Source: an uncultured virus (IMG/VR IMGVR_UViG_3300027801_001720) (taxonomy: Duplodnaviria; Heunggongvirae; Uroviricota; Caudoviricetes). Taken from it: DNA of 64,000 bases. The stretch is taken from the IMG/VR virus record IMGVR_UViG_3300027801_001720. The stretch is one strand, 5' to 3'. The notes under the pieces were generated by a model that was not told where the DNA came from, made no database searches, and was given only the letters and a program-made list of their open reading frames with translations. A program made the translations under genes and the position numbers. Shown in pieces: positions 1 through 9,090 of this stretch (within the stretch, counting starts at the first letter, position 1; each line of letters begins with the position of its first letter).

Positions 1-4
1 TACT

Positions 5-223
5 ATGTTAGATAAAGCAGTAGATAGTTTAGAAGCGGAAATCAAACGCAGACCAGAAATAGAAAAGCAAAAAGCAAAGGACAGAGCCGAAAGAGAGAAA
101 AAACACAGAGAAAGAATAAAGGCGGAATTAGAACGCAGAAGAAGGGAAGGCGAAATGACAGAAGAAAAAGAATTAACCGATTTAAGAAAAAGAGCTGGCT
201 TAGAAGTAAGAGCAGGTAGATAA
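5..223 (+). CDS. charged coiled-coil hypothetical protein, possibly 5'-truncated; ends in the 'LRKRAGL' motif
   Basis: ORF track; frame is open at the window edge; E/K/R-rich. Confidence 0.6.
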   Translation: MLDKAVDSLEAEIKRRPEIEKQKAKDRAEREKKHRERIKAELERRRREGEMTEEKELTDLRKRAGLEVRAGR

Positions 224-241
224 AATGAGGAAGAGAACACT

Positions 242-490
242 ATGAAAAATCAAAATACTGTGTTCGAAAAAAAGATTACCTTAGCAGGCTTTGACGAAGA
301 GTTAGATTGGCACACAGACGGTGCAACAAGATTCATGAAAGTAATAGAAGGTGTCGGATGGCATTTTCAGTTTGAAGGGGAGAGTTCAAAAGAAATAGGG
401 CCAGGAACTTCAATACATATCAATAAAAACTCTATTCACAAACTAATAAAAGGCAGTACAGACTTAAAAGTAAGAATAATCGAGTTATGA
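242..490 (+). CDS. small cupin-fold phage protein
   Basis: WHxD...GxGWxFQ...IH pattern; GAGG SD upstream; ATGA overlap with next gene. Confidence 0.6.
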   Translation: MKNQNTVFEKKITLAGFDEELDWHTDGATRFMKVIEGVGWHFQFEGESSKEIGPGTSIHINKNSIHKLIKGSTDLKVRIIEL

Positions 491-2538
491 AACAAATAAT
501 TATATACCCAGGTAGGTTCCAACCGATGCTTCCGCATCATGCAGAAGTATATACTAGTTTACAGGCACAATTCCCTGGTTCAGAAGTATATATCTCATCA
601 TCAAACAAAGTAGAAGGCAGTAAAAGTGCTTTTAACTTTGAAGAAAAATCAAAAATAATGACTACTATGCATGGCATACCAGCTGACAAGATAATACTTG
701 CCGCTAATCCATATTTAATAGACAGTTATATGAAAGAATTCGACCAGAAAAACACTATGGTCATATTTGCAGTAGGTGGTAAAGACGAAGACAGGTTCCC
801 AATGAAGAACATCGACGATAAAACAGGTTTAAACATGGCTACCCGCGGAGAAACCCGCCCAACTTACTATCAAATGATAAATACATTAAAGCAACATCCT
901 GCATTACCAATGAGTGATAGAGGATACATATATGTTACACCAACTATAGCAGGTGGTGGAGAAGTTGCAAGTGCAAGTGCATTTAGAAATGCATTCACAA
1001 GTGTTGAAGATACAGAAAAGCGAAAAGAAGTATTCACAAAATATATGGGTACTTACAATAACGAAATTTTCGAACTTTTCAACAATAAACTATTAGGTGA
1101 GATTATGAGTGAACAATTAGACATTATGAAATACTTAGCAGGACTTCTACAAGAGGCTCCCATCAATTTTGATGCAGATCCTAGAATGCCAGATGAGGAC
1201 GACGAAGCAGATGAGTATGCAGATAAGCCAGGCTTTTCGCAAGACAATATGATTAACCAATTAGGTAAAATTATTGACAGTGAAACAGCAGGTAATGATG
1301 CAGAACAAATGAAAATTAAAAAGTTTACTCCTGTTACTAAAGTTACAACAGACGATAACAAAAGTATAGACGTTTCACCACAAGAAGCAAAAGCATTAAA
1401 ATCAATGATGGATATGCTCTCAAGTGCTAGAATGGGAGAAGAACAATCCGCAAGAGAAAAGTTTTTAGATGCAATCCAAACAGGTAAAGGACTATTAAAC
1501 ATGATAGACTTTGCATACGATAAGAAGATTGTACAACAACAAGAAAGTTTTGTTAATGACGAATTAGATTTAAGTGACATCAGAGAAGACTATGACGTAG
1601 CAGAAGGTAAATTACCTGCAGGACTACAAGCATACCAAGATAAAAAGAATGGTAAGAAAGATGATGACGCTGAAGACGACGATAAAGAAGTAGACGAAGA
1701 CAAAGATGAAGACAAAGATGAAGTCGACGAATCAAGAGAAAATTGTCATAGTAAAACACATGATTGTGCAACTAAAGTTATTCACCCAACATGGGGCGAA
1801 GGTAAACCAATGTACGAAAGTCATGCAGTACCAACAGACGAAGGTTATGTTGCATGGTATGATGTAGAATTTGAACATGGTATAGAAAAAGAAGTACCAG
1901 CACAAGACATGGAAATTATTACACTTGCAGAACACGGTGCCGTAAATGCTAGTAAAAAGACTAATGCACGAAAAGAATGCAAATCATGTAAAGGCAAAGG
2001 TTGTGACCATTGCGGTGGAACAGGTTATCATGCTATAGAAGAAGATGAAGAAATGCAAGAAGAATTAAACGATATTAGAAAAAGAGCTGGCTTAGAAGTA
2101 AAAGAAGTAGATATTGACGAAGGCAAAATGAAAGATATAATTATCGATGCTATGCAAATGAGCAAAGAAGAGTTTGAAGCAACATATGGCAACGACTTTG
2201 ATTATGAACAACTCAATAAAGACTACAACGAAGAACATCCAGACTTTAAACAAGAAGAGTCAATGGATCCAATGAATGAGCCTACTAACTTTGATTTAGC
2301 TATGCAAGAATATGACGACAATGGTGAAAGAGGTTTATCAGAATACTTAGGTATGAGTGAACAAGAGTTTGACCAAGAACTTAATGAGTATTGTGCAGAG
2401 CGTGGCTTACATGCAGACGACGACAGAGAAGAAGCAATACAAGGTGTTGTCGAAGTACTACTAGATAATAGCGATGAAGAAGCACCAGTATATGCTGAAG
2501 CATTAGACAGACTTAAATTATTAGCAGGTCTTATTTAA
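487..2538 (+). CDS. cytidylyltransferase-like (HIGH-class nucleotidyltransferase) domain fused to a long acidic multi-module tail with a CxxC zinc finger
   Basis: N-terminal YPGRFQPxxxHH, VGGKD and SASAFR motifs; C-terminal D/E-rich modules; CKSCKGKGCDHCGGTG. Confidence 0.7.
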   Translation: MKQIIIYPGRFQPMLPHHAEVYTSLQAQFPGSEVYISSSNKVEGSKSAFNFEEKSKIMTTMHGIPADKIILAANPYLIDSYMKEFDQKNTMVIFAVGGKDEDRFPMKNIDDKTGLNMATRGETRPTYYQMINTLKQHPALPMSDRGYIYVTPTIAGGGEVASASAFRNAFTSVEDTEKRKEVFTKYMGTYNNEIFELFNNKLLGEIMSEQLDIMKYLAGLLQEAPINFDADPRMPDEDDEADEYADKPGFSQDNMINQLGKIIDSETAGNDAEQMKIKKFTPVTKVTTDDNKSIDVSPQEAKALKSMMDMLSSARMGEEQSAREKFLDAIQTGKGLLNMIDFAYDKKIVQQQESFVNDELDLSDIREDYDVAEGKLPAGLQAYQDKKNGKKDDDAEDDDKEVDEDKDEDKDEVDESRENCHSKTHDCATKVIHPTWGEGKPMYESHAVPTDEGYVAWYDVEFEHGIEKEVPAQDMEIITLAEHGAVNASKKTNARKECKSCKGKGCDHCGGTGYHAIEEDEEMQEELNDIRKRAGLEVKEVDIDEGKMKDIIIDAMQMSKEEFEATYGNDFDYEQLNKDYNEEHPDFKQEESMDPMNEPTNFDLAMQEYDDNGERGLSEYLGMSEQEFDQELNEYCAERGLHADDDREEAIQGVVEVLLDNSDEEAPVYAEALDRLKLLAGLI

Positions 2539-3167
2539 TGCCAGGCGATAAGCAAACATTAGACTTTAAAACAGCAGGTATGAAACGTGCCGCTGGTAGA
2601 GATGCTGTCGCACAAAAAGGCAAACAGTTTGGTATTAGTAATTTCTTTGGTTGGGCAATGCAAAAGTATCCTAAAATGACTTTAGGACAACTAGAAGCAA
2701 GAATGCCTAGTTTAGAAAGAGAGTACGGACAAGAAAAAACAATGCGTAAAGCAGAACCTGATATGAAGCCTAGTGTTAATTCAGCATTTGATGATGAAAA
2801 AGAAAGAAAAACAGCACAAGGCATAGCCACTGAAGCTCAACTATTAAGAATTAAACAACTTGCTGGACTTCCAATTAGCGAAGATATCAGCGTAGAAAAA
2901 GATGTTATCGGACACACTGATGACGAGCCTGATATGATTCGCAAAGAATTATTCAAGTTAGGCAAATATAGTGTAGAACTATATAAAATGTTAGGTGAAC
3001 TTCCTAACGCAGATTTCCCTCACTGGTGGCAAGCAAAAGTAGTTAAAGCAGGACAATACTTGTCAGATGCTAAACATTACTTAGAAAGCGAACTTAATGC
3101 TCCGGAACCAGAAGCACTGGATCAAGCAGAGCAAGAACAAGACGATATAAACCCTTCAGGCGTTTAA
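2538..3167 (+). CDS. hypothetical phage protein with 'IKQLAGL' motif and a WWQAKV helical domain
   Basis: ORF track; TAATG coupling to upstream gene. Confidence 0.65.
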   Translation: MPGDKQTLDFKTAGMKRAAGRDAVAQKGKQFGISNFFGWAMQKYPKMTLGQLEARMPSLEREYGQEKTMRKAEPDMKPSVNSAFDDEKERKTAQGIATEAQLLRIKQLAGLPISEDISVEKDVIGHTDDEPDMIRKELFKLGKYSVELYKMLGELPNADFPHWWQAKVVKAGQYLSDAKHYLESELNAPEPEALDQAEQEQDDINPSGV

Positions 3168-3168
3168 C

Positions 3169-3783
3169 ATGCAGTTGGATTGGGTCGTCAATCACAAAGA
3201 AAATAGACTTACATTTGAGATAGATAATCTCAGATACACCACAGTTGATGGTGGTCAAAATATAGACAAGTATATAGACGGTGAGTTTGATAAACGTATA
3301 AGACAATTTCCAGAAAAACCAGCAGATTGGTTACAACCACATATGAGTCCACCTATGGTTCCAACTAATGATGAATGGGGTCCAGAGATAGATTGGTTAA
3401 TAAAAACATATCCAGAACAACTTGGTGAAAGGTGTGATAGTTACCAGTATAGAGAAAGAGATGGTAGTATAACTACAGAAACTTTTGTTAGAGGTCAAGG
3501 TGCTAATAATTGGGGCGATTTAATAAGTGTAAATAGATTAGGTCAACCAGCAAGTGTACAAGAACGTTGGGATTGGACTGCAATAGCAAAATCTTCAACT
3601 AAAGAAGAAAATGCTCCAGAAGGTTTAGTATGGAGTAAGCACAACGACACAGGTGAAATTATAAGACATGGTATTTCACAAAATTGTCCATGTCATGTAT
3701 TCCCTCAAATATATGTCCCAGTAGTTGTAGCCCATGCAGATTTAGATAAAGATTTAGCCAATTTCAACGGCATACTGGATTAA
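3169..3783 (+). CDS. hypothetical protein (C-terminal CPCH motif)
   Basis: ORF track; abuts upstream gene. Confidence 0.6.
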   Translation: MQLDWVVNHKENRLTFEIDNLRYTTVDGGQNIDKYIDGEFDKRIRQFPEKPADWLQPHMSPPMVPTNDEWGPEIDWLIKTYPEQLGERCDSYQYRERDGSITTETFVRGQGANNWGDLISVNRLGQPASVQERWDWTAIAKSSTKEENAPEGLVWSKHNDTGEIIRHGISQNCPCHVFPQIYVPVVVAHADLDKDLANFNGILD

Positions 3784-3789
3784 TTACTG

Positions 3790-3797
3790 TATAAATA
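3790..3797 (+). promoter_or_regulatory. T4-late-like promoter TATAAATA
   Basis: Exact T4 late consensus in the short intergenic gap, followed by AGGA SD and ATG 3823. Confidence 0.6.
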
Positions 3798-3822
3798 CTA
3801 GCATAACACACTAGGACACATT

Positions 3823-4572
3823 ATGACAGTAGAAGCATATACACCAAAAGTAAATTGGATCAACACAACCTTATCAAGTAAAGGTCTCACAGTAGACTTT
3901 GAAAATGCTAAAGTGTTAGAACTATATGGCAATGCAGGACAACTATTAGCAGACCCTGAGAATGTTGTTACGCAAGAAAACTATACTGTATTCGAATATT
4001 CACAAGACGCATTAGACCAAGGTATTGAAGACTTTCCTAACGCAGACTTCAGAATGTGGGATCACCACAACCAAATGAATAACCCAAGTGGCAATGTAAA
4101 CGAAGCATTACCTTTTAGTGGTGATGAAAAATTTGACTTTATATTTTGTTGGATGAAAACTGCAAACTTAGATCCAGAGATTTTGGATAGTATCACACAA
4201 GAATGTTATCAACATCTTAATCCAGGTGGTATTATCATGTGGGGCATATTTGTTCGAGAAGTTGCGTTAAACTACTTTATTGTTAGACGTACACATGAAT
4301 ACGGTATGTTAGAACCTACACTTATAGAGCAATCAGAAGATTGTAAGTGGCTTACATTAATAGACAATGATGTAGTATTTATTGATTCCGAAAGAGTTGC
4401 AACAGAAGGTGATGATGCACACATGGAAAGTACACATTTTACATTGTTTTGGAGAAATAAAGATTTAGTAGAACGTTTAGAAAACTTGTTGCCTGATGCA
4501 ACTGTTTATTCGAGAAGTCTCCCACCTATGTGGAGTATACAGAATCCTTTTGTGATTAAGAAACCTGAGTAA
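3823..4572 (+). CDS. class I SAM-dependent methyltransferase-like protein (degenerate motif I)
   Basis: VLELYGNAG, FDFIFCW, LNPGG; resembles 9303..10088. Confidence 0.6.
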   Translation: MTVEAYTPKVNWINTTLSSKGLTVDFENAKVLELYGNAGQLLADPENVVTQENYTVFEYSQDALDQGIEDFPNADFRMWDHHNQMNNPSGNVNEALPFSGDEKFDFIFCWMKTANLDPEILDSITQECYQHLNPGGIIMWGIFVREVALNYFIVRRTHEYGMLEPTLIEQSEDCKWLTLIDNDVVFIDSERVATEGDDAHMESTHFTLFWRNKDLVERLENLLPDATVYSRSLPPMWSIQNPFVIKKPE

Positions 4573-5242
4573 ACTGCTCTATATTACCAACACTAGCAAT
4601 TAAATGAATTCGTTCTGTTGCACTATAATTAGTAGCACAATGAGTTTTACTGGTATTAAGTAAATAACCTCTTCCTGCTTTAAAATGTGCCATTTGTAAA
4701 TTTACTTGTTCACCTGTTTCACTAGCACCCATAAAATTATCGGGCCAATTAACTAAAAAGCATCTGTTGTTTGTAGTAATTGGAAAGTGTAAACGCCAGT
4801 CTAATATAGCACCCGCATTATTAAATGTAGACATCATAGGACTTCCGTCTTTGTGTATACTTAAAGTAGTTCTTGGTGGTAACACACTTATACGCCATCT
4901 GTAAACGTCTGTGAAGCTCGTTATAAACTTTTCTAAGTATGTGCTGTGTATTTGCTTAATAGGATGTACAAAACGTGTCTCATCCATTATTTCGTTTGAA
5001 TCATCTTGTACTGCTGTTAACGGATTACTCTCTCTACTGTTTGTCATCATAGACTTACCAGCAATACCATCAAACCATTCGTCGCTGTTTTCTTTACTAA
5101 CTGTTAAGCATTGATTACGACCTGATATATCCTCATACATACTGCCTATAGCAGATGTTTTAACTTGTTGATAAGTATCAACAACATCTTTCCTTAATTG
5201 CTGATAATCAAAATCTACACTTATTTTTTTAAAGACTTCCAT
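4556..5242 (-). CDS. aspartyl/asparaginyl beta-hydroxylase-like Fe/2OG oxygenase
   Basis: RISVLPP..LSIHKD, RLHFPITTN, NTSKTH..N..ERIHLI; start moved to ATG 5242 (TAATG coupling). Confidence 0.7.
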   Translation of the reverse strand: MEVFKKISVDFDYQQLRKDVVDTYQQVKTSAIGSMYEDISGRNQCLTVSKENSDEWFDGIAGKSMMTNSRESNPLTAVQDDSNEIMDETRFVHPIKQIHSTYLEKFITSFTDVYRWRISVLPPRTTLSIHKDGSPMMSTFNNAGAILDWRLHFPITTNNRCFLVNWPDNFMGASETGEQVNLQMAHFKAGRGYLLNTSKTHCATNYSATERIHLIASVGNIEQFTQVS

Positions 5243-5913
5243 TATGCAATCCTGTAGTCTTTTGGTTTTCGTAAATGCAATGCACCTTTTTGTACGACAC
5301 CTGTAATTGTTAAACAATATCTAGACCATAACCCTGCATTACCTGTACAATGATATATTCCTTCGGGCCAACAATGTATGTCTCCCATTTTATATTGATG
5401 TATAACATCATTGCCTACGGCAACATAATGTCCCCATTTCCAGTCATTAAGTTGTACTAAGTAACGTATTACTTCTGTATCATCACTTACTTTAGCAAAG
5501 TTTCTTCTATAGTTATTGTAACTATCTCTATGCCAAGGAACAAACTTGCCTGGTGGTTGTTCTAATATCATCATCTGTGGATTCCATAATCCACTTGCTT
5601 CACCTAGTATTGTAAATAGACCAGGTAAATTCCTAGTTTGTCTGCCGCCAGTATTGTGTTCTGTGAAGCCTGCTCTTGTTAAATCGTTATGATAGCCTTC
5701 CATAATTTCTTTTGCTTCATCATTGTAAGGCTCACCTTTAATGCTTACTTCATCATAAACATCTTCTGGTTTAAAATTTTCTATTACTGTATCTATTGCT
5801 GGTTGCAATCTATCACTAACAAATCTACCAACGTATTGCACGTCTGTTTGTTTACTACTTGGATCATAGTGCCATGGAAAGTTTTCTTTATTCCATTCCC
5901 AATAACTATCCAT
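5242..5913 (-). CDS. Fe/2OG oxygenase-like (DSBH) protein
   Basis: QPPG..VPWHRD, YH..GN....R..L.ITG. Confidence 0.65.
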   Translation of the reverse strand: MDSYWEWNKENFPWHYDPSSKQTDVQYVGRFVSDRLQPAIDTVIENFKPEDVYDEVSIKGEPYNDEAKEIMEGYHNDLTRAGFTEHNTGGRQTRNLPGLFTILGEASGLWNPQMMILEQPPGKFVPWHRDSYNNYRRNFAKVSDDTEVIRYLVQLNDWKWGHYVAVGNDVIHQYKMGDIHCWPEGIYHCTGNAGLWSRYCLTITGVVQKGALHLRKPKDYRIA

Positions 5914-6593
5914 TATGTTCCTGCAGGAGGGCCAGGTGTTTTGCCGGCTTCTATTTTTAAATATTCACCTGTATAAAATATGCGTCTGTCTGGCAGTCCA
6001 TGTATAAAATCTGTTCCGTGCCAACTATTGTGTTGTGTTTTCCACATAAACAGTCTGCAAGGTACAAACTCTATTTCTTTAACAAAACTACTCCTATCAG
6101 CATCCATATAAATTTTTGTGCCGTAGTGGCTATACTGTTTTCTACTCTCTGCAACATACAATAATGCTTTAAGTATCGACGGTTCTGGAGATATTTCTTT
6201 ACGTTCCATTTGTCTTTGTTTTATTATTTCTGGATCATCTGTGTGTGGATGTAAAAAATTTCCATGATTCCTATTTGTTTCAGTTAAACAATGAGACCAA
6301 TTATAATTTTCCGAGTCATGTTCGTCGAACAATCTACTAACTCTTTCCATTGCAGAATATACATCCATATGATACTTAAAACATACACCGTCAATGCCTT
6401 GGCTGTTATTATGCATTGCCATATTATCTTGTTGTTCACCACCTCTTTTAAAACTAATAGTAGATTCTTCTATGGAGTTAGCATAACCAGATATTACATT
6501 AGATGCATCCATTGTTATTGCGCCATCAACTACCACATGTGGGAATGGAAACGTATTGTAGTCTATATTCATGTGTGTGCCGTTATTGCTCAT
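5913..6593 (-). CDS. 2OG-Fe(II) oxygenase
   Basis: PFPHVVVD, LHPHTD, SWHG..RR motifs. Confidence 0.75.
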   Translation of the reverse strand: MSNNGTHMNIDYNTFPFPHVVVDGAITMDASNVISGYANSIEESTISFKRGGEQQDNMAMHNNSQGIDGVCFKYHMDVYSAMERVSRLFDEHDSENYNWSHCLTETNRNHGNFLHPHTDDPEIIKQRQMERKEISPEPSILKALLYVAESRKQYSHYGTKIYMDADRSSFVKEIEFVPCRLFMWKTQHNSWHGTDFIHGLPDRRIFYTGEYLKIEAGKTPGPPAGT

Positions 6594-6597
6594 GCTA

Positions 6598-7455
6598 CTA
6601 TTTATTATCCTTTAACGTATTTTGTACTAATTCTTCCGCCATTTCTCCCCAAAACCTTCCGGCTCTAGGTCCGCCATTTGCTTTTCCGTCTGATTCTCCG
6701 GGTATCTTAACCCACAAATAAGCATCGCATTTTTCTAATCCTGTATCGCATGTTGGTGATATGCCTAATGCTCTACCAGGTGGATTACACCATTCGTTAC
6801 CATGTGGACCATTACCGTTTCTGCTTGTATCTATTACATACTGATCCATGGGTCTATGTTCACATATTTTATTAGCCCATTGTGCCGATTCTAATGTAGT
6901 CCTATAGTTACTTACATTAACACTAAATCCTCTTACTTTAGGATTACTAACCTTTTCTAATAATTCGTTTGCTTCTTTTGGACTTAACCAATTACTATGC
7001 CCTATATCTACATAGACATGTGCATTACTTCTTGTTAATGTTTCTAAACCTTTTTTCATTAATTTTATACGCCATTCTGCTTCAAAGTCACTCATTAATG
7101 ATGTATGAGGTAAAGCATCTGGTTCGTATATAACTATAACTTCATTGTTACCTAAACCATCTGTGAAATCTTCTAGAAAACGCATGTAGTTTGCATAAGA
7201 ACTAGCACCACCTTTACTGTAATGACCCATATCTCTGTTAGGCAAGTTGTATACGACTAGTACGGGCAACTGAGGTGCCGTTCTAGCAAATAGTCTTGCT
7301 AAACTCTTTTGTAGATTTTCTATTGTTTTGCCGTTGCGTTCGCCATACCAAAAGGAAACTGGCTGTTCAAATATTTTACTTGCTAACGGATATTGTTGTT
7401 TGTAGTCCCTAACCCTGTCAAAGTTATTAACCCAAAAAGGATAATTAAGACTCAT
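6598..7455 (-). CDS. glycoside hydrolase family 6 (cellulase/endoglucanase-like)
   Basis: VYNLPNRD, IYEPDAL, YVDIGHSNWL, GFSVNVSNY, IDTSRNG, WCNP, LWVKIPGESDG. Confidence 0.9.
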   Translation of the reverse strand: MSLNYPFWVNNFDRVRDYKQQYPLASKIFEQPVSFWYGERNGKTIENLQKSLARLFARTAPQLPVLVVYNLPNRDMGHYSKGGASSYANYMRFLEDFTDGLGNNEVIVIYEPDALPHTSLMSDFEAEWRIKLMKKGLETLTRSNAHVYVDIGHSNWLSPKEANELLEKVSNPKVRGFSVNVSNYRTTLESAQWANKICEHRPMDQYVIDTSRNGNGPHGNEWCNPPGRALGISPTCDTGLEKCDAYLWVKIPGESDGKANGGPRAGRFWGEMAEELVQNTLKDNK

Positions 7456-7996
7456 TTTCGATTTGACGCAAGGCTAAATCTGTTTCTAATGTTTTAAATG
7501 TTTTTTCTCTTTTTTTCATAGCACGTTTTAATTTCATATCACTTGCGTACTCTAAGTACAGTTTGCCATTTAAATGATCATACTCATGTAAGAAACATCT
7601 TGCATCCATTCCTTCTAACCAATCTTCTACTACTTCTTTGTCTATTGTTTGAAACCTTACTTTTACTTTTGCTGGTCTTGTTACTATAAAGTATAATAAC
7701 GGAAAAGTTAAACACCCTTCTTCCATTGCTACAGTCTCTTCACTTACTTCTAATATCTCTGGATTGTAAATACCAATATCTTCACCTGAAGCAAATGTCA
7801 TAACAAACATTCTGTACAACATACCCAATTGGTTTGAAGCCAAGCCAATACCAAACCTATCTTTCATAAGTTGTATCATTTGTGTTTCACGTTCTTCCCA
7901 ATTTGCATCTTTATCATCAAATGGATTAACTGTCGCCATTGATTGTAATGCTGGATTTTTTGCTGGTACTAATTCTATATTAAATTTTTCTGACAT
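7445..7996 (-). CDS. def: peptide deformylase
   Basis: GIGLASNQ, EGCLT and HEYDH motifs. Confidence 0.92.
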   Translation of the reverse strand: MSEKFNIELVPAKNPALQSMATVNPFDDKDANWEERETQMIQLMKDRFGIGLASNQLGMLYRMFVMTFASGEDIGIYNPEILEVSEETVAMEEGCLTFPLLYFIVTRPAKVKVRFQTIDKEVVEDWLEGMDARCFLHEYDHLNGKLYLEYASDMKLKRAMKKREKTFKTLETDLALRQIENES

Positions 7997-8445
7997 GTTG
8001 TTTCTCTTGTTACTGCTTGTTGTACTGCATAAAACATACTAGCAAATACTACAGTACTTCCTAATAATCTTAAATCAAATACTAGTGCTTCTGGTGATAA
8101 AGGTGGAAAAGGTCCTGGTATATTAATAATTAAGTGCCATAAGACAACACTTAACACAGAAGAACTCATTAGTGTTTGGTACTGTCCGTTATGTAAAACC
8201 CTAGACACGACTCCTATGAGAGCCATTAATCCATAAGTTAACCATATAGTGCTATAAAACCCTAAGAATATATCAGTTACAAACATTATGCTTACTGGCA
8301 AAAACATTTGTAATTGTTTGTTAGAGGTTAAGTATGGCATGAAAACTGCCATTGCTATAATAGGTGTTATGTTTGCTGGAAGTATAAATCTACTTAGCAA
8401 TATACAGCCTAATAGTAATCCTGCACTTTTAAAGAAGTCTTTCAT
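7975..8445 (-). CDS. DUF6580-like putative membrane transport protein
   Basis: ~5 hydrophobic segments; PANITPIIAMA...TDIFLGFY pattern; start moved to ATG 8445, 5 nt after an ATAAATA box. Confidence 0.6.
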   Translation of the reverse strand: MKDFFKSAGLLLGCILLSRFILPANITPIIAMAVFMPYLTSNKQLQMFLPVSIMFVTDIFLGFYSTIWLTYGLMALIGVVSRVLHNGQYQTLMSSSVLSVVLWHLIINIPGPFPPLSPEALVFDLRLLGSTVVFASMFYAVQQAVTRETTCQKNLI

Positions 8446-8467
8446 ACTTGTATTTATCGCTATTTGT

Positions 8468-8752
8468 CTAAGTATGTTTACAATATGAATCAATTAGAGC
8501 ATCGCCTTTTAATGTTTCACCAAATTGGTGTTTACCACACTCAGTGCCTTTGCTATCATATATAGTTCTTTCTATATGTCCGCCGTTGCGTTCTAAGTCC
8601 ATAACATACTTTCCTTCTGATGTATCTTGTGGTCTATCATCGTACCACATACTGCTTAGTCTGTGACCATGAAGGCTTCTAACTCCAAGTGACCATTCTT
8701 CTGCTTCTAATTTCAATCTTTGTCTTTCTACTGTCTCGTTGTATTGTGTCAT
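8468..8752 (-). CDS. hypothetical protein
   Basis: ORF track; ATAAATA box 6 nt upstream. Confidence 0.65.
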   Translation of the reverse strand: MTQYNETVERQRLKLEAEEWSLGVRSLHGHRLSSMWYDDRPQDTSEGKYVMDLERNGGHIERTIYDSKGTECGKHQFGETLKGDALIDSYCKHT

Positions 8753-8770
8753 AATATATATTTATTTAAA

Positions 8771-8845
8771 TGGCACTCCGTAGGAGAGTCGAACTCCTGT
8801 TGCCGAGATGAAAACCCGGTGTCCTAACCACTAGACGAACGGAGC
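8771..8845 (-). tRNA. trnE: tRNA-Glu(UUC)
   Basis: Minus strand GCTCCGTTCGTCTAGTGGTTAGGACACCGGGTTTTCATCTCGGCAACAGGAGTTCGACTCTCCTACGGAGTGCCA; cloverleaf, TTC anticodon, encoded CCA. Confidence 0.95.
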
Positions 8846-8846
8846 A

Positions 8847-8922
8847 TGGAGCTCGTAGACCGATTCGAACGGACGACCTATGGTTTACAAAACCATTGCT
8901 CTACCAACTGAGCTATACGAGC
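8847..8922 (-). tRNA. trnT: tRNA-Thr(UGU)
   Basis: Minus strand GCTCGTATAGCTCAGTTGGTAGAGCAATGGTTTTGTAAACCATAGGTCGTCCGTTCGAATCGGTCTACGAGCTCCA; TGT anticodon, encoded CCA. Confidence 0.95.
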
Positions 8923-8928
8923 CTGCCT

Positions 8929-9055
8929 ATATCAAATAGTATAGTACACTTAAGGACTTTACTGGGCATGGTTTAAATCAACTCTATTTTCATGATGCAT
9001 TTTACTGCACAATCCCACCTAATATACGAAATACCACTCGTATACTATCTAATAT
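8929..9055 (-). ncRNA. candidate structured non-coding RNA of unknown family, in the tRNA transcript leader
   Basis: 15-bp closing stem (9055-9041 pairs with 8943-8929, two G-U) plus nested helices; 5' end coincides with the expected start site of the 9062-9090 promoter. Confidence 0.5.
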
Positions 9056-9061
9056 TGTTAT

Positions 9062-9090
9062 ATTATATAGGAATTATAGGTCGTTGTCAA
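9062..9090 (-). promoter_or_regulatory. sigma70-type promoter for the ncRNA/tRNA transcript
   Basis: TTGACA-N17-TATAAT, perfect consensus. Confidence 0.8.

Noticed and set aside
1660..1730. GAAGAC/GATGAA-type short tandem repeats
   Set aside because: Simply encode a D/E/K low-complexity linker in the 683-aa protein
8446..8467. Cobalamin riboswitch upstream of the DUF6580-like gene
   Set aside because: Only ~22 nt of intergenic space, occupied by the ATAAATA box
8959..9000. 13-codon ORF (MHHENRVDLNHAQ) inside the tRNA leader
   Set aside because: Very short and embedded in predicted paired regions; the RNA-structure explanation fits better
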